Of a stretch of DNA of 64,000 bases, positions 27,870 through 41,299 are shown piece after piece. The stretch is from the NCBI RefSeq assembly GCF_009914755.1, contig NC_060936.1; one strand, written 5' to 3'. Source of the DNA: the human T2T-CHM13v2.0 reference genome, Homo sapiens. The notes below the pieces were generated by a model. It was not told the origin of the DNA. It saw nothing but the letters and a program-made list of their open reading frames with translations, and did no database searches. Within the stretch, counting starts at the first letter, position 1, and the number at the start of each line of letters is the position of its first letter. A program made the position numbers and the translations under genes.

Positions 27870-28060
27870 TCTTTCATTCAGCGAGGATTTATGCAGTGCC
27901 TGTTATGTAGCACCAGGAACTGTGCTAGATGCTGGGGATACAGCAGTAAACCAGCAACTGTCCCTGTACTTTTAGCAGTTGCAATCTAGTTGATATAGGC
28001 TGTGAATAAACACATTATAAACAAACAAGCCAACATATCCTTAAAGGCAATCAGCAGTAC
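27870..28060 (-). mobile_element. L2 3' end
   Basis: ttcattcagcgaggatttatgcagtgcctgttatgt...gtgctagatgctggggatacagcagtaaac. Confidence 0.7.
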
Positions 28061-29049
28061 AGGTAATAACCAATCTTTACTTTAACAGAGTTTGGACCAA
28101 GTGTCAGAGGTTAACTGACCTGGGTTAATCAGGTTTTTATCTTCTGGGAATTTGAAGTGGAGACTTAGAACCACTAGTCTGCCACTATTGGCACTGAACT
28201 GAGACCTTGCTGGAAGCTGGGGCTGGCATGTTTTGTGCTTGTGCAGAGATGCCGAGAAAGTTCTTCCATAGAGGGGAGAATAAAGCAAATGAGAAGCAAT
28301 CAGGTTAAGAGAGAAAGAGAATATGAGAGAAACTGCTTTGCTTCTGAGGATTTCATTTATTCTCAACCTCGGTTAGCTTTTTTTCTCTTTGCGTTCCGTG
28401 AGAACACTTCCTTCCTTCCACTAACTTCCCATTTTTGCTTGAGTATGTTCAACCAATATTTCTTCTTCTCAGTTGAAAAATCTCTGCTTATTTTTTCCTT
28501 CTCCTGGGTGGTTCATCATCTATTTATTTTGTAGCCAAATGACTGATTATCTCCTTTGGGACACAAAGATGAACAAGACTTGGTTGCTGCCCTCAAGGAA
28601 TTAGCATTACAGCCTTCTGTCAATTGCAGGAGGAGAATTTCAGGCAATAATTCTTTCCGGTGGCTTACACATGTATGAGGCCTACAGTCACATCATCTGC
28701 TAACTTGGTAAAGGTCTCTCCAGAAACAGTGTCTCCCTTGACTCAGGAACAGTTAACAAGACACCAGCCAGGTCTACAGCTTGGTCACCGAATGAAGACC
28801 ACATAAACAATTTGAAAAGGTGCAATTTTTCAAAGGGGAAAAAATTCAAATTGATGAATCTTGCTAGGCCTAACATTTACCCTAGCATGCATTATTACTT
28901 ATGTTAGGACACCAGTCTAGATATAGAATCACAGATCTCAAACTGACAACAGATACGTGATGAAATATTAAATTTCACCAGTAGTAAGATAAAAACAACA
29001 TAACAATAACTTATCATGTTTCACCTAGCAAATTAGCAATTTTTATTTC

Positions 29050-29610
29050 TTTGTTTTTAACAAATTGACATGTTCAGTTTGGGGGCGGGGTTTGAAAAAA
29101 TAGATGAGACCAAAAACTGCGATGAAATCAGAATACTGTTGAGAATTTATCTACCAAAAGAATCAATCATTTGAAAAGGCTTCAGTGCGGCAAATCCATT
29201 GCAAGCAATTTTTTTTTAGGGAGATCACAGGAGAGCTCAAAATTTTAACTACAAGCTGTTCATTGCAACGATATTTGCAATGGTAAAAATGGAAAAAGCC
29301 AAATGTCTAACAATGAGGAATTACTGAATCAATTATGACACCTTCAGAAAATGGACTGTTCAATGATTATAGACTGATGCTATAAAAGCTCGATGACATG
29401 GAAAGATGCTTATGATGCATTTGTGAGTGAGAAAATGAGAGCATAATGTACCATGGAGTATATGATGCTCGGTTTGAAAAAATAGTTATCGGAAAAGCAC
29501 ACAAAGAATGAACATTAAAATACACATAATGGTTACCTCCAGGTGGTAGGCATAAGATTGGTTTTCAGTTTGCTCTTTCTAAAAAATTTAAATGAGAGTG
29601 TATTATGCTT
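29050..29610 (+). mobile_element. Ancient L1M fragment
   Basis: gctgttcattgcaacgatatttgcaatggtaaaaatggaaaaagccaaatgtctaacaat...gacatggaaagatg. Confidence 0.6.
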
Positions 29611-30979
29611 AGCATTCTGCTGGATATCGGTAAATCACTAAATGGATGATTCCTTTTGATATTATTATTCAGTTCTACAATTGAATGGAATAAATAGCTT
29701 CTCAGGTTTGTTATTGTAAGCAAACACAATCATAAAGCACCTGGTATACAGTAGGTTTTCAATAAATCATATAGAAGATGCTCCTCTTCCTTTTTTATTT
29801 TTATTTTTTTGCAGGGGAGAGGATTATGTACCACAGAGGTTATGAATGGGAATTTCTCAGTCAAAAGGTATTTAGATTCAAATACTGCTACTTAGCCATT
29901 TGCACACTGATCAAGAATGTATGCAAGTTAATAATGCTTTGAACTTTTTTTTCATCTGAAGATGGAGAAGGCAATAGCTAAATGATGATTATTGTGAACA
30001 TATAAGGCTCTGTATATAAATCACTTACCACATGGGGGGTTAAGGAATAGTCTATGTTCTTTCACCATATCATGTGAAAGGAATATGTATTAGATTTATA
30101 ATATGAACAAGGTGCAACTTTAAGCATAAGATATGCATAGATCTTAAAAGTATTCAAAGTCCTTCCTTCATCTCGCTGCTACTCAGTAGAGTAGAAATGC
30201 ATGTGGCATAGAGCTAGGCTACCACCAGTTTCAGCAAAAAAAGAAAAAGAAGAGTCTAGAATGAGCTTGCAACCATCAGAAGTTGACAGAGGGAGAGAGA
30301 GAAAAGAAAGAAAATCCTTTTCAATGAAAGGAATACAGCATAAAGCTTCTTCTTCAGCAAGGCTCCAACCTAGGACAGGAAAGGTGTTGGAACCATGAGT
30401 CTTACCAAGTTGACTAGAATTTGCTTTTGCTATTTCCCAAATCCCCCAAGAATCTCAAGAACAAAGCCAGCTCAAATAGCAAGCTGCCATCATTTCAATG
30501 GGTAAAGAGGTTATTTGCAAGTAAAATGTGTCATTAGATATATTGTTAAAATGGGCATTATATATGATGGATACACACACATAGATTTCCAAGCTACCAT
30601 TATTTCTTGCCTGAGTTACTGAAATGCCTCCTCATAGTCTCACTGTTTCTGCCCTTGCCCAGATACAGTTTGTACTGAATACAGAGAAATTCTGTTTAAA
30701 AAATTTAAATTGTTTCATTCCTCTTCTCAAAACCCTCTAATTACTTCCATTTTCCTCAAAGTAAAAGCTGCAATCAGGCAACATCTTGATCTTTCCTCAC
30801 TTTTCATGGTCAAAAAAGCTACCATTTGTTGAGGGTTGCTGTGTGAGAAACACTGTACATGTGTTTCTGTACATGATTATGAATGCTCATAATCAATATA
30901 TTCTCATGATCATCCCCATTTTTCAGAGGAGGAAATTGAGTTTAGATTAGTCAAGTCGCTTGCTCAAGGTTAAGAAGTG

Positions 30980-31282
30980 GGCCGGGCACGGTGGCTCACG
31001 CCTGTAATCCCAGCACTTTGGGAGGCCGAGGTGGGCAGATCACAAGGTCAGGAGTTCGAGACCAGCCTGACCAACATGGTGAGACCCCGTCTCTACTAAA
31101 AATACAAAAATTAGCTGGGCGTGGTGGCTCGTGCCTGTAATCCCAGCTACTCAAGAGGCTGAGGCAGGAGAGTAGCTTGAACCCAGGAGGCGGAGGTTGC
31201 AGTGAGCCAAGATTGTGCCACTACACCCCAGCCTGGGTGACGGAGCGAGACCTGGTCTCAAAAAAAAAAAAAAAAAAAAAAA
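30980..31282 (+). mobile_element. AluSg-like, inserted in a MIR
   Basis: gatcacaaggtcaggagttcgagaccagcctgacc; long A tail; TSD aagaagtg. Confidence 0.95.
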
Positions 31283-31348
31283 GAAGTGGCAACAGCAAGA
31301 CTCAAGGCTATAACTGTCTGGCTCCAAAATCTGAATTTTAGTCAGTTA

Positions 31349-31687
31349 CAGTCAGCCTTCCATATCCATGAGTTCTGCATATATGGATTCAACAACACCT
31401 AGATAGAAAATATATGAAAAAATATTGCATCTGTACTGAACATGTACATTTTCCCCTGTATCATTATTCCCTAAACTATATAGTATAACAACTATTTATA
31501 TTACATTTACATTATTTTAGACATTATAAGTAGTCTAGAGATGATTTAAAGTATACAAGAGGATGTGCATATATTTGCATATATGCAAATACTATGGCTA
31601 TTTTATATCAGGAATTGAGAATACTCAGATTTCGCTATCTGAGAGAGGTTCTGGAACCAATCACCCACAGATATAGAAGGACAACTG
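31349..31687. mobile_element. MER2 (TcMar-Tigger) DNA transposon
   Basis: TA-cagtcagccttccatatcc...gatatagaaggacaactg-TA termini; MER2 body. Confidence 0.85.
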
Positions 31688-31964
31688 TAATTCATCAACA
31701 ATTCCTCAAACTAGGTCGTTAGAGTGGATGCAAACTTTAAAAATCTATTGCATTTATAAGCGCCACCACAGGACATCTGATTTAGTAGGTGTAAATGGAG
31801 TAAATATTTTAGATCTTTATAAAGCTCCCTAAGTGAGTCTGAAACACAGCCATATTTGGGAACCCTTCATGTATTACTTACTTCTATCTCCATGACAGCC
31901 ATGTCAAAATGATGTTATCATTCACTTCCTGCAGATGAAGACATTAAAGCTCAGAGGATCACTG

Positions 31965-32475
31965 TGCTAGTAATCTTCCATTTCCCTCACCCAACCTTTC
32001 TAGCTTGAACCATTCTTTACCCATCTCAACTCTGCTGTGAGCCACAGGAGGCTGACCTATAAGGACTGCATCAATGGACTCATTTGCTCCCTTATTTCTG
32101 GTTGCATTTGACCAATGGGAGACACTTGCAGGACATCGGAGGACAGGAAGAGAGAGAAGCCAGGTGTTTTGTCTCCCTGGTCCCTGTCCATCTTATTGCA
32201 GTTTGGCAGTGACTGTATTTCTCCATAGCCACAGCTCCTGCTGGGTGGTTGTTCCTCCATAATTCCAACTCTGGTCAGTCTGCTAATGCTGTCCCCTCCC
32301 CTTTTCCCGTCAGATTTTGTGTTGGTGATGGTTGTCCACTGTTGTCATCTCCTGGGTAGGTCACCATCTCTTATGGGTTCTCTTAACCATGTGCACACTC
32401 TGTAGAAGTCCCTGCATTAACCTCTCTTGAGCTAAGTCTGAGCTATCCGTCTATTTCCTGCTGGGACTCTGACAG
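31965..32475 (+). mobile_element. LTR16-like ERVL LTR inserted in a MIR
   Basis: TG...CA ends; gaggctgacctataaggactgcatcaatgg...ttgaccaatggga...tttcctgctgggactctgaca. Confidence 0.6.
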
Positions 32476-32565
32476 AGTCACGTACCCAGGAAGGGAGAGG
32501 GATGAATCTGAACCTGGGTCTGTCAGTCAAACCTCATATTCCCTCTTCAGGTACTAGATGATCTT

Positions 32566-32984
32566 TGTATCAGTCCCTTTTATGTTACTTATGTTACTTA
32601 TAACAGAATGCCTGAAACTGGGTAATTTATAAAGAAAAATATTTTGTATCTCACAGTTCAGGAGACTGAGAAGTTTAAAGTTGAGGGGCTGGATCTGGTG
32701 AGAGCCTTCTTGCTGTGGGGGACTCTGTCTGCAGAGTCCGGAAGTAGCTCTGGGAATCACATGGTGAGGGGGCTAAGCATGCTTTGGTGCTATCTCAGGT
32801 CTTTCTTCCTCTGCTAATAAAGCCACCAGCTCCTCTCTCTTGATAATCCATTCATTCTTTAACCCATTAATCCAGGAGGAGGCCTCATGATCCAATTACC
32901 TGTTAAAGGCCTCGGCTCTCAATACTGTCACGTTGGGGGTTAAGTTTCAACATGAGTTTTGGAGGGGATATTCAAACCAGAACA
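32566..32984 (-). mobile_element. MST (MSTC/D-like) MaLR solo LTR
   Basis: tgtatcagtcc...ctgggtaatttataaagaaaa...gtttcaacatgagttttggagggg; TSD atctt/atctc. Confidence 0.85.
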
Positions 32985-34019
32985 ATCTCTAAGGACAATT
33001 CTAGGTCTGGTTGTTTATAAATCTTGCTGTCACATTCCTCTAGAATTCCATGTTCAAAATTCACATTGGATCTTTGCAAGTTTTTACTTAGGATCCTTTA
33101 CATGAAGTCTCTTTTTATTTTAGCCTGATGAGAAAACTTAGGGAGTGACAGTTTGGAGAAAACTCCTGGATCATGCCTCCAAGTCTCAGAGAAGTCCGAG
33201 GACCTGCTAGATCCAGACTTGACCATAGGTGTCTTGCCTGCCAACTGTAACTTCTGCACTTTCTCTCAGTCCTGGGGAGGGGGTACAGGACAGACCCAAG
33301 GCAACTGAGTTTGATTCAGACAAGTCCAGGAGAGCTGCCAGAAGTGGACAGACTTCCCAAAATGAGGGCATTTATTATTTAAACATTGATTACTCTGTTT
33401 AAATCATACAGATGGAAAAGGTTTTCCATTTGTAAAAAGTCATTTTTTAATGGCAGATCAAATGTGGCCGACATTTTGCTGGACCACAAGTTCTCATGGA
33501 TGCCAAAGAGGTCTGAGTTCAGCCTACCAGAGTAGAACAGAAAAGAACCTGTTTAGGACAGTGCTGAACCCTACCTTTCCCATAAGACAAATGGATTTAA
33601 CAAGCTTCATTAGCTCCCTGTATCAGTCAGTGTCCTACCAGGAAAATAGAAATCATTCTATATCTTTCACATAAAAGGAATTTACTATAAAGAATGGATT
33701 ACCCAGGTGATGGAAGAGTATAGAAGACATTTAACGGTGAGGCAACCCGAGAGATTAGCAACAGCAGTTAAGATAGTAATGCCCTTAGGCTGGAGGAACA
33801 AGGAGGGGAGTTAAGAGTTAACTGGCAGGAATTAAATCCATGGCAAGGGCTGTTTTGCAAGAATTGGAACCAAGAAGAGAAAGTCTTCATCAAAGTATGT
33901 CACAGGACAGCTCAGATTCCAGGGAAGAAGAAATAGACCCTGTGTCTTGAAGTGTGGCATAATATCCACAGATAAGGAAGAAAGGAATTGATGGTAGCTA
34001 TCTTCGGAGACTCAACCAT

Positions 34020-35028
34020 AATATATATTTAGAATTATGACATTGTCTTAATGAATTGATGTTTTTGACCGTTTTATCATTATAGTATGCTCCTATTCCT
34101 CTCTAATAACACTCCATGTTTTGAATTCTACCTCATCTGGTATTAATATAGCCGCCTTAGCTTTTCTGTGGTTAGTACTTGTATATCTTTTCCATCTTTC
34201 AACCTATCTTTGTACTTACATTTATGGCCCATCTCTTGTAAATGCAATATAGTTGGGTCTTGCTTTTTCATTTGGTCCAACAATCTCTGTCTTACAATTT
34301 CAGTGCTTAGTTCATATTATTCATTATAATTATTAATATGCCTGGGTTTAAGTCTACCATCTTGTTATTTGTTTTCTATTTATCCTAGCTGTTTTTCTCA
34401 CTCTTTTCCCCATTCCCTTCCTGTCTTCTTTCTTACTATTTTTGGTACACCATTTTAATTTTCTCTATTGTATGTTTAGTGCTTGTCTTGAGAATGATAA
34501 TATGCACCCTTAGTTTATAGTGTAATCAGAATTACTATTTGACTTATCACCCAGAATTAATTTTAACATACTGCTTCTCATCTAATGTAAGAACCTTATA
34601 ACAGTACACTTGTATTTACTTCTCATGTCCTTTGTGCCATTGTTAGCATTTATCTTACTTTTATAATCCCACAACATATTGTCATTATGTTTGCTGGAAA
34701 CAATTGTTTTTTTAAAGAAGTTAAAAAAAAATGTTAAAAGCCATTTCTATTTATTCATATGTTTGCCATTTCTGGCATTCTTCATCTTTTTGTGTAGATC
34801 TAATTTTCTGTCTAAAGAACTTCCTTTGGCAATTCTGATAGATGGAACGGCTGGTGATTAATTATTTTGTTATTTTTACTTTTGTTTTATCTTTGTCTTA
34901 ATTTTTGAAGGATATTTTCAATGGATATGGCATTTTAAGTTAACTCTTAATTCTAACGCAGTTCCCTGTATGTAATGTGTCCTTTTCCTTATTTTCAGTT
35001 TTCAACAATTTAACTATCATGTAACTAG

Positions 35029-35065
<37 letters not shown>

Positions 35066-36390
35066 TGTTCCTCTTTCTTTGGGTTTGTTGAGATTCTTAG
35101 ACCAGTGGATTAATATTTTTAATCAAATTTAGAATATTTGAAGAATATTTCTTCAAATATTGTCTCTACCTAAATTTCTTTGTTTCCTTCTTTTAGTATG
35201 TCAAGCACATATATTTAGATTGTGATATTGTCTTTAGGCCTCCAAGAATCTGTTAATGTTTTTCAATTTTTTTCTTTTTGTGTGCTTTAGTTTGAATAGT
35301 TGGTATTGATCCATCTTCAAGTTCTGTAATCTTTTCTTTTGCAGTGTCCAATCAGATATCAAACCCATTTGGTGAAATCTGTTTAAACTTTAGATACTAT
35401 ATTTTTCCGTTCTTGTCATTTCCTTTTGATTCTTTTCAATCGTTTCCATTCTTCTGTTGAAATTCCTCATCTCTTCACTCATTTTTTATCTTTTGTTATT
35501 TCCTTGAACATATTTATAATAGATGTTTTAAAATCTTATGTACTAGTTTCAACATCTATGTCCCCTGATTATAGTTCTATTGTCTTTTTCATCTTGGTTA
35601 AAGGTCACACATCCTGTCTTTTCTGTGTCTAGTAATTTTTTATTGCCTTTTGGAAACTGCTGAGTCTATTTTGCTAAAAATCTGAATGATTTTTTGCTTC
35701 TTTTAAAGAGAATTTAGTTTTCCTTTGCAGGCAGTTAATTTACTAGATGCTGAGGCTGATCTTAGTGGTCTCTTTAGGCTTTATTGTGATAGGTGAGAAG
35801 TAGCCCTTCCTCTAAGGCTAGACTAGTTCTACTCCTAAAGCAATAACTTTCTGAGGGTGTCAAATTATGTCTGGGTTATTCAACACACTGTCTTCCCTCT
35901 TCCTTGTGAGAACTCCAATGTCTCCTAGCCACCCGTAACCTCTGAGATCTCTCACTCACAGCACCTCCCACTTCTTTCGCCCCAGCAGTGGCTGTTCAGG
36001 CTAAGTTTCAGAGCCCTACCTCACACATGCACAGTTGAGTATTTGGCCAAAACTGAAGGGGATCCCCATGCAAATTTCTGCTGTTTCTTATCAGAGCAGC
36101 TTCTCCTTTCTGCTGTCCTGTCCCACTAATTCCAGCTGCATCTGCAGCTCCAAACTCCAATCTCTACTTCTTATACACAGCTACTGTCCATGGTGGCTCA
36201 ACTTCTCTGTGCTGCAGGTAAAAAGCTGGGGTGAAGATGGAGCCAGCCTTCTGTGTTCTCTTCTCTCAAAGATCACAGCTCTGTGCTGTCTGCTGTCCAA
36301 TGTCTGAAAACAGTTGCTTCATATATTTGTTTATGAGAGAGGGTGTGTCTGGTATTAGTTACTCCACGGTGGCTGGAACCAAAAGTCTCA
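34020..36390 (-). mobile_element. Old L1M element(s), T-rich
   Basis: tctggtattaatatagcc...ctcttgtaaatgcaatatagttgggtcttgc...aatttttgaaggatattttc; boundaries approximate. Confidence 0.65.
35030..35062. repeat. (TG)16 microsatellite
   Basis: Direct reading. Confidence 0.97.
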
Positions 36391-37344
36391 CAAAGTTTGG
36401 AAAATAGAAAGGTATAATGCTTATGAAACCTCATGTATACAATAAGTGGTTAATAAATAGTAGTGAATATAACTTTACATTTAAATTTAAATTTTTATTA
36501 CACATTAAGCTGTCTTACTAAACTATAGATTCTTCAAGTTAAAGACTGTGTGTTAATCATTTTTACATCTCCAATACCTAGAAGAAAAAACCTGGCATGC
36601 AATGACTTTCAACAAACATTTTTCTTAATCTGAGTAAACTAAACCAAGAAAAGAGCTGATAAGATACCACTTTAAATGTGAAGACAGAGTTCAGGAAGTC
36701 TAATTGTCAATCAGTTCTTGGTACTCATTTGGAACCCATTTTGGTGTTAAATCCAAACTAGTTCAGTATTCCAGGAACCGTTGTTCACATATTTCTTCAT
36801 TTCGAGTGTATTTCAGTAATTTGCAGACTTCTCCTCACTGTCAAGACCTTTGCCAGGGTTGGGACAGACAGGTGAAATAACATGTAAATTTCAGTGATCC
36901 TAATCTTCTCAATACTTGTATCAGAGATGCTGCAAATACATGAAAAATACTTTGATAAAAATCCAGTGCGGATGAGTCTCTTGAGTGATAAACAGACCTC
37001 GGGAATTCCGAAAATGGGAAACAATGGATATATTGGGAAGTGTAAAGGGATGGATAAAGAGGTAAGTTGCTGGCTGCATCAGGTTGTATAGAGCTTTGCA
37101 TTTCACATCAAGGAGTTCAGGCACTTTTGGGAAGGGGTATAACAAGCCTTTGAAAAATTTTTGTACAGCAAAGAGATTGAGTTTAATGTCATATATATTC
37201 ATTTTCACCTGAATGTACTACCTCAAGAGTGTAAAGGGGACAGCAAGAAAGCTGGAGAAAGAGAACCCAGAAGAGACAAGTGGAAAGTTCAGGTTGCACA
37301 AATGCCTGCTGAAGAATCCATTTGAACTGGAGATGGGCATCCAC

Positions 37345-37668
37345 TTATTTTTTTTTATTTTATTTCCATAGGTTATTGGGGAACAGTGGTGCTTGGTTAC
37401 ATGAGTGAGTTCTTTAGTGGTAATTTATGAGATTTTGTTTCACCCATCACCTGAGCACTATTCACTGCACCCAATTTGTAGTCTTTTATCCCACACCTCC
37501 TTCCCACCCTTTCCCCTGAGTCCCCGAAGTCCACTGTGTCATTCTTATGCCTTTGCATCCTCATGGCTTAGCTCCCACTTGTGAGAAGATGTGATGTTTG
37601 GTTTTCCATTCCTGAGTTACTTCACTTAGAATCATAGTCTCCAATCTCATCCAGCTTGCTGTAAGTGG
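37345..37668 (-). mobile_element. L1PB 3' end
   Basis: ccataggttattggggaacag...ggttacatgagt...cttatgcctttgcatcctcat...ttccattcctgagttacttcacttagaat. Confidence 0.85.
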
Positions 37669-38924
37669 ATAGCCATCCATTTCCGATCCTCTGTTCCTGG
37701 GCTTCCGACTTACACTCTTTCCTTCCTGGGCATCTATCTCAAAGCAGGACCATGACATTCAACAGGACAAGTTTGTCATTTGGAGTAATCAGAGGCCACC
37801 ACCTCGTTTCTGATTTGGCCCTTTTTGTGGTCACATTTGGCCTCTCAATGTATAACATCAAGAGAGAGGGTCTCTTTAATTTCTCATGCTCTTAATCCTG
37901 AACAATTTTCTTTGACTCTGCTTAAACATCAAGCCTTGAATTTCTATTAACTTCTAGGACTTCTAATCTGCTACTTGCTTCCTTGTCTCGACCTCACCTG
38001 AAACGGTTCTTCTTGGGTCCCCATCCTTATACCAATTCAGTCTTCCTGCCTTTCACTGGATCTCCCTCTGCACCCCTTCCTTTTGGCACAGATTTGACCT
38101 AGGTATTCTAGTCATAGCATAAACTTTTAGAGAATAGGTGCTTCACTCCTTTCTACCCCCTCACCAATTTATCTCATCTCTCTAAGTAGGATCCCATTGA
38201 CTAACCTCAGTAAAGCAAGACAACTCTTGGGTTAAAATCATGGGTTTCAGAATTAGGCCTGGGTTCAAATCTTAGCTCTGAAAATGTTTTACTTGAGTGA
38301 TGTTGTCCAGAACGTTTCAGTGTTTTTAGCTTCAATTTCTATATCTGAAAAGTGGGAGAAAATAAGGTCTTCTGTGGGATTAAGTGAGATATTAAATATA
38401 AAGCATCTAATTCAGTGCTAAGTCAATATTGTTCTTCAAAAACTCCTCCTTCCTTTTGCATCTTGGGTAAGAAAATAACAGCTTTAGCTGCGTGTCTTTC
38501 TTTGCTAGGTTTTGGAGAGTTTTAATTAATGTTTAGAAAATCTAGACATGCTGTCTATGTTGGTCTATCTATTGTCCAAATGAATGACTTACTGCTTAAC
38601 TTCTCTCGGTTAAGGTTCCTAAAACCTCATTCCCTCCCCTCAGGCCTTTGTCTCCAGCTGGTAGAAGTCAAAACAAACCACAAAAACAATGGAATTTTTT
38701 TCTAGGATTGCTCAATGCCATCCAATTGTGCCTGAGGCCCCAGGCAGTGCTGTTGATGCCACAGCAGACATGCAACATATCTCCATCCAGAGGACGATCA
38801 TTTATAGGTACTCTCTGGAATCTTCCTGGTTTCTTTGATGAAATGGTTTCCTAATCCACTGTCCTCTAGATGTACTGTCAATATTTCCATAACTATCTCC
38901 TATAATTATCCATATGGCAGGGAG

Positions 38925-39130
38925 TCAACATTCATTGAGGATCTATTATTTGCCAGACATTGGACTCAGCCCTTAGGTAGACTGATAGATTACGTCTTTG
39001 ATTCTTCACTCCAGTCCTATGGGATTTTAGCAAAACTGAAGCTCAGAAAACATCAGTTGTTCCCCCAAAATCAATTGCTGGAAACTGGTGGATGCAGATT
39101 GAAACCAAGTTCTGTCTGCTTTAATCAGCC
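38925..39130 (-). mobile_element. MIR
   Basis: aacattcattgaggatctattatttgccagacattg...aaaactgaagctcagaaa. Confidence 0.7.
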
Positions 39131-40039
39131 TCTGCCATTTCCTTGCAAAGACCTTGAACTTCCAAAGTGTCCATTGTATTGGGAACTAATCAACCATGTT
39201 ATAATAATTTTATTATTTTTTAAAGCAGTTAGTTTCCATAGCCTCCTTTCCCTCTCTCCCCCTGTATTCATTCTTTTATAGAACATTCGATACATGCAGA
39301 CTTTGAAAGGAAAAATGAACCTAAAAGCTCCAGTGAAGTGAAAATGCTAAGGCTTCTTCGAAACTTAAGTAGCATTAGAAGCAATTACATTTGTGCAAAT
39401 GCAGAAAGGCTTGTTGCTATTTCTGATTCCCCCACACCCCAGGGCAGTAAACTGGGAGGAAGGCTGTTAACTATTCCAGAGCACAGAGCTCCAGGCAGCA
39501 AGACCTAAGCTTTTTTTTTTCCCTCACCTTCTATTGTCAATGTAAGATGGCACTCCTCTTTTCAAAAGTAAACCAGTGTATGCTAATTAAAATAAATTAG
39601 TGTTTTTATCTCAAAAGATGCTTTTATGGGAACACGGTTACATGGCAATTCTAGTGCAGACTTACACTATCCATCCATTAAACACATGCTCACACATAAA
39701 ATGTAACCTCAAATCTTTGCATTTAATTACAGCTTTTTTTTCTTTTTATTTCATAGGGGCATCTGTTAATGTAAACCCAGTATTGTTTTTACAAACACAT
39801 ACAAGTACATAGCTAAAAGGTGGGGATGAAAGGCTGATAAAAAAACGAGGCAGCATGAGATGCATTTTCAAATGTATGAAGATGTAAATGATATCATTCC
39901 ATTAAAAAAGCAAAACTTGCTAAAAAAAATGCAAGGTCTAAGGGAAAGAAAAAATTTTTGCCCAACTAACTTTTTTTTTCAGTTATCTTTTTACTGCATT
40001 GCAAACTACCCCCAAATATAAGAGCTTAAAATGACAATT

Positions 40040-40770
40040 TAAATATTCAGCAATAAAAAAGAATAAAATCATTGTCATTTGAGGCAATACGGATGGAACT
40101 AGAGGATGTTATGTTAAGTGAAACAAGCCAGGAACAAAAAAATTAAACATTGTGTGTTCTTATTCATATGTGGAAGCTAAAAAAGTTGATCTCATAGAAG
40201 TAAAAGTAGACTACAGGATACTAGGGGCTGGTAAAAGTAGGAAGAAAGGAGGGATATTGGAGAGATTTGTTAAAGGGTACAAAATCACAGCTAGATAGGA
40301 AGAAGTTCTAATGCTCTAAAGCACGGTAAGGATGACTATAGTTAGTAACAGTATTAGATAATTTCAAATAGCTAGAAAAGAGGATATTGAATGTTCCCAA
40401 CTCAAATAAATTATAAATGTTTGAGATGAGGATGAATATGTACAATTATTGTCAATCAAAAAAATTTTGATCAGAAAATTGATCAAATAATTTTCTGTTG
40501 AAACAGAAAGGAGGGGTTGGATTTATCGCCCTGCCTATAATCTCAAGTTCACTCAGAGGAATAATAGCTATTGATTTTTGAATTGGTGATATGTCCCAGG
40601 CTTTTACCAGATGCTTTAATACATTATTGTACATAATCTAGAGAAAAATCTGAGAAGTAGGTATTATGTCCATTTTCCAGAAAAAGAAAATTTGTCAATC
40701 AGAAAAAGATGAGAAATATGCTATGTACCCCATGAATATGTACAATTATTATTTGTCAATCGAAAAAACA
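40040..40770 (+). mobile_element. L1MA-like 3' end containing a templated insertion
   Basis: ggatggaactagaggatgttatgttaagtgaaacaagccagg...tgaatgttcccaac...tatgtaccccatgaatatgtacaattattatttgtcaat. Confidence 0.85.
40497..40690 (+). repeat. Dispersed direct copy of 41793-41985
   Basis: About 194 bp, roughly 15 mismatches plus 1 indel by manual alignment. Confidence 0.95.
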
Positions 40771-41299
40771 TTAATTACAACTTATTCTTTCTCACAGTTC
40801 TGCAAGCTGGGCTGGGCTCAGATGGGCAGTTCTTCTGTTCAGCATGGCAACTGCTGAGACTGGAATGTCCAAAGTGTATGTGGAAACTCTCATGACCAGT
40901 GCTGTGGGTGGGAAGGCTGGAACAGGTGGGGCCTACTTGAGCATTGCTCTCTCTCCCCACATGGCCTTTCTCATAGATACCCTGGGCTTTATATCACAGA
41001 ATGGTGAGCTTGAGGTCACTGAACTTCTTAAATGATGCTGCCTTCAAAGAGGCAGAAACTGCTAATCATATTAAGCCCCGGATCCAGAAATCTTAGAAGG
41101 TCATTTTCTCACATTGTGTAGGCCAAGGCAAGTCACCAGGCCATCCTGGGGTCAAGGAGAGGAGGGCAGAGTCCACCATTGCAGTGGGACAGCACGCATG
41201 TACAGATGGGGAGGAACGCATGGTGACCATCTTCGAAGGCTCTGCACCACACAGGAGTTAGCAGGCTGCTTTATAACTGTTTCAAAGACACAGTTCTGA

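Larger units (their letters stand above)
39980..41250 (-). mobile_element. MLT1 LTR split by an L1 insertion
   Basis: tcagttatc...aaactacccccaaa at 39980 continues at about 40775 with ttctcacagttctg...ggccaaggcaagtcac. Confidence 0.6.
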
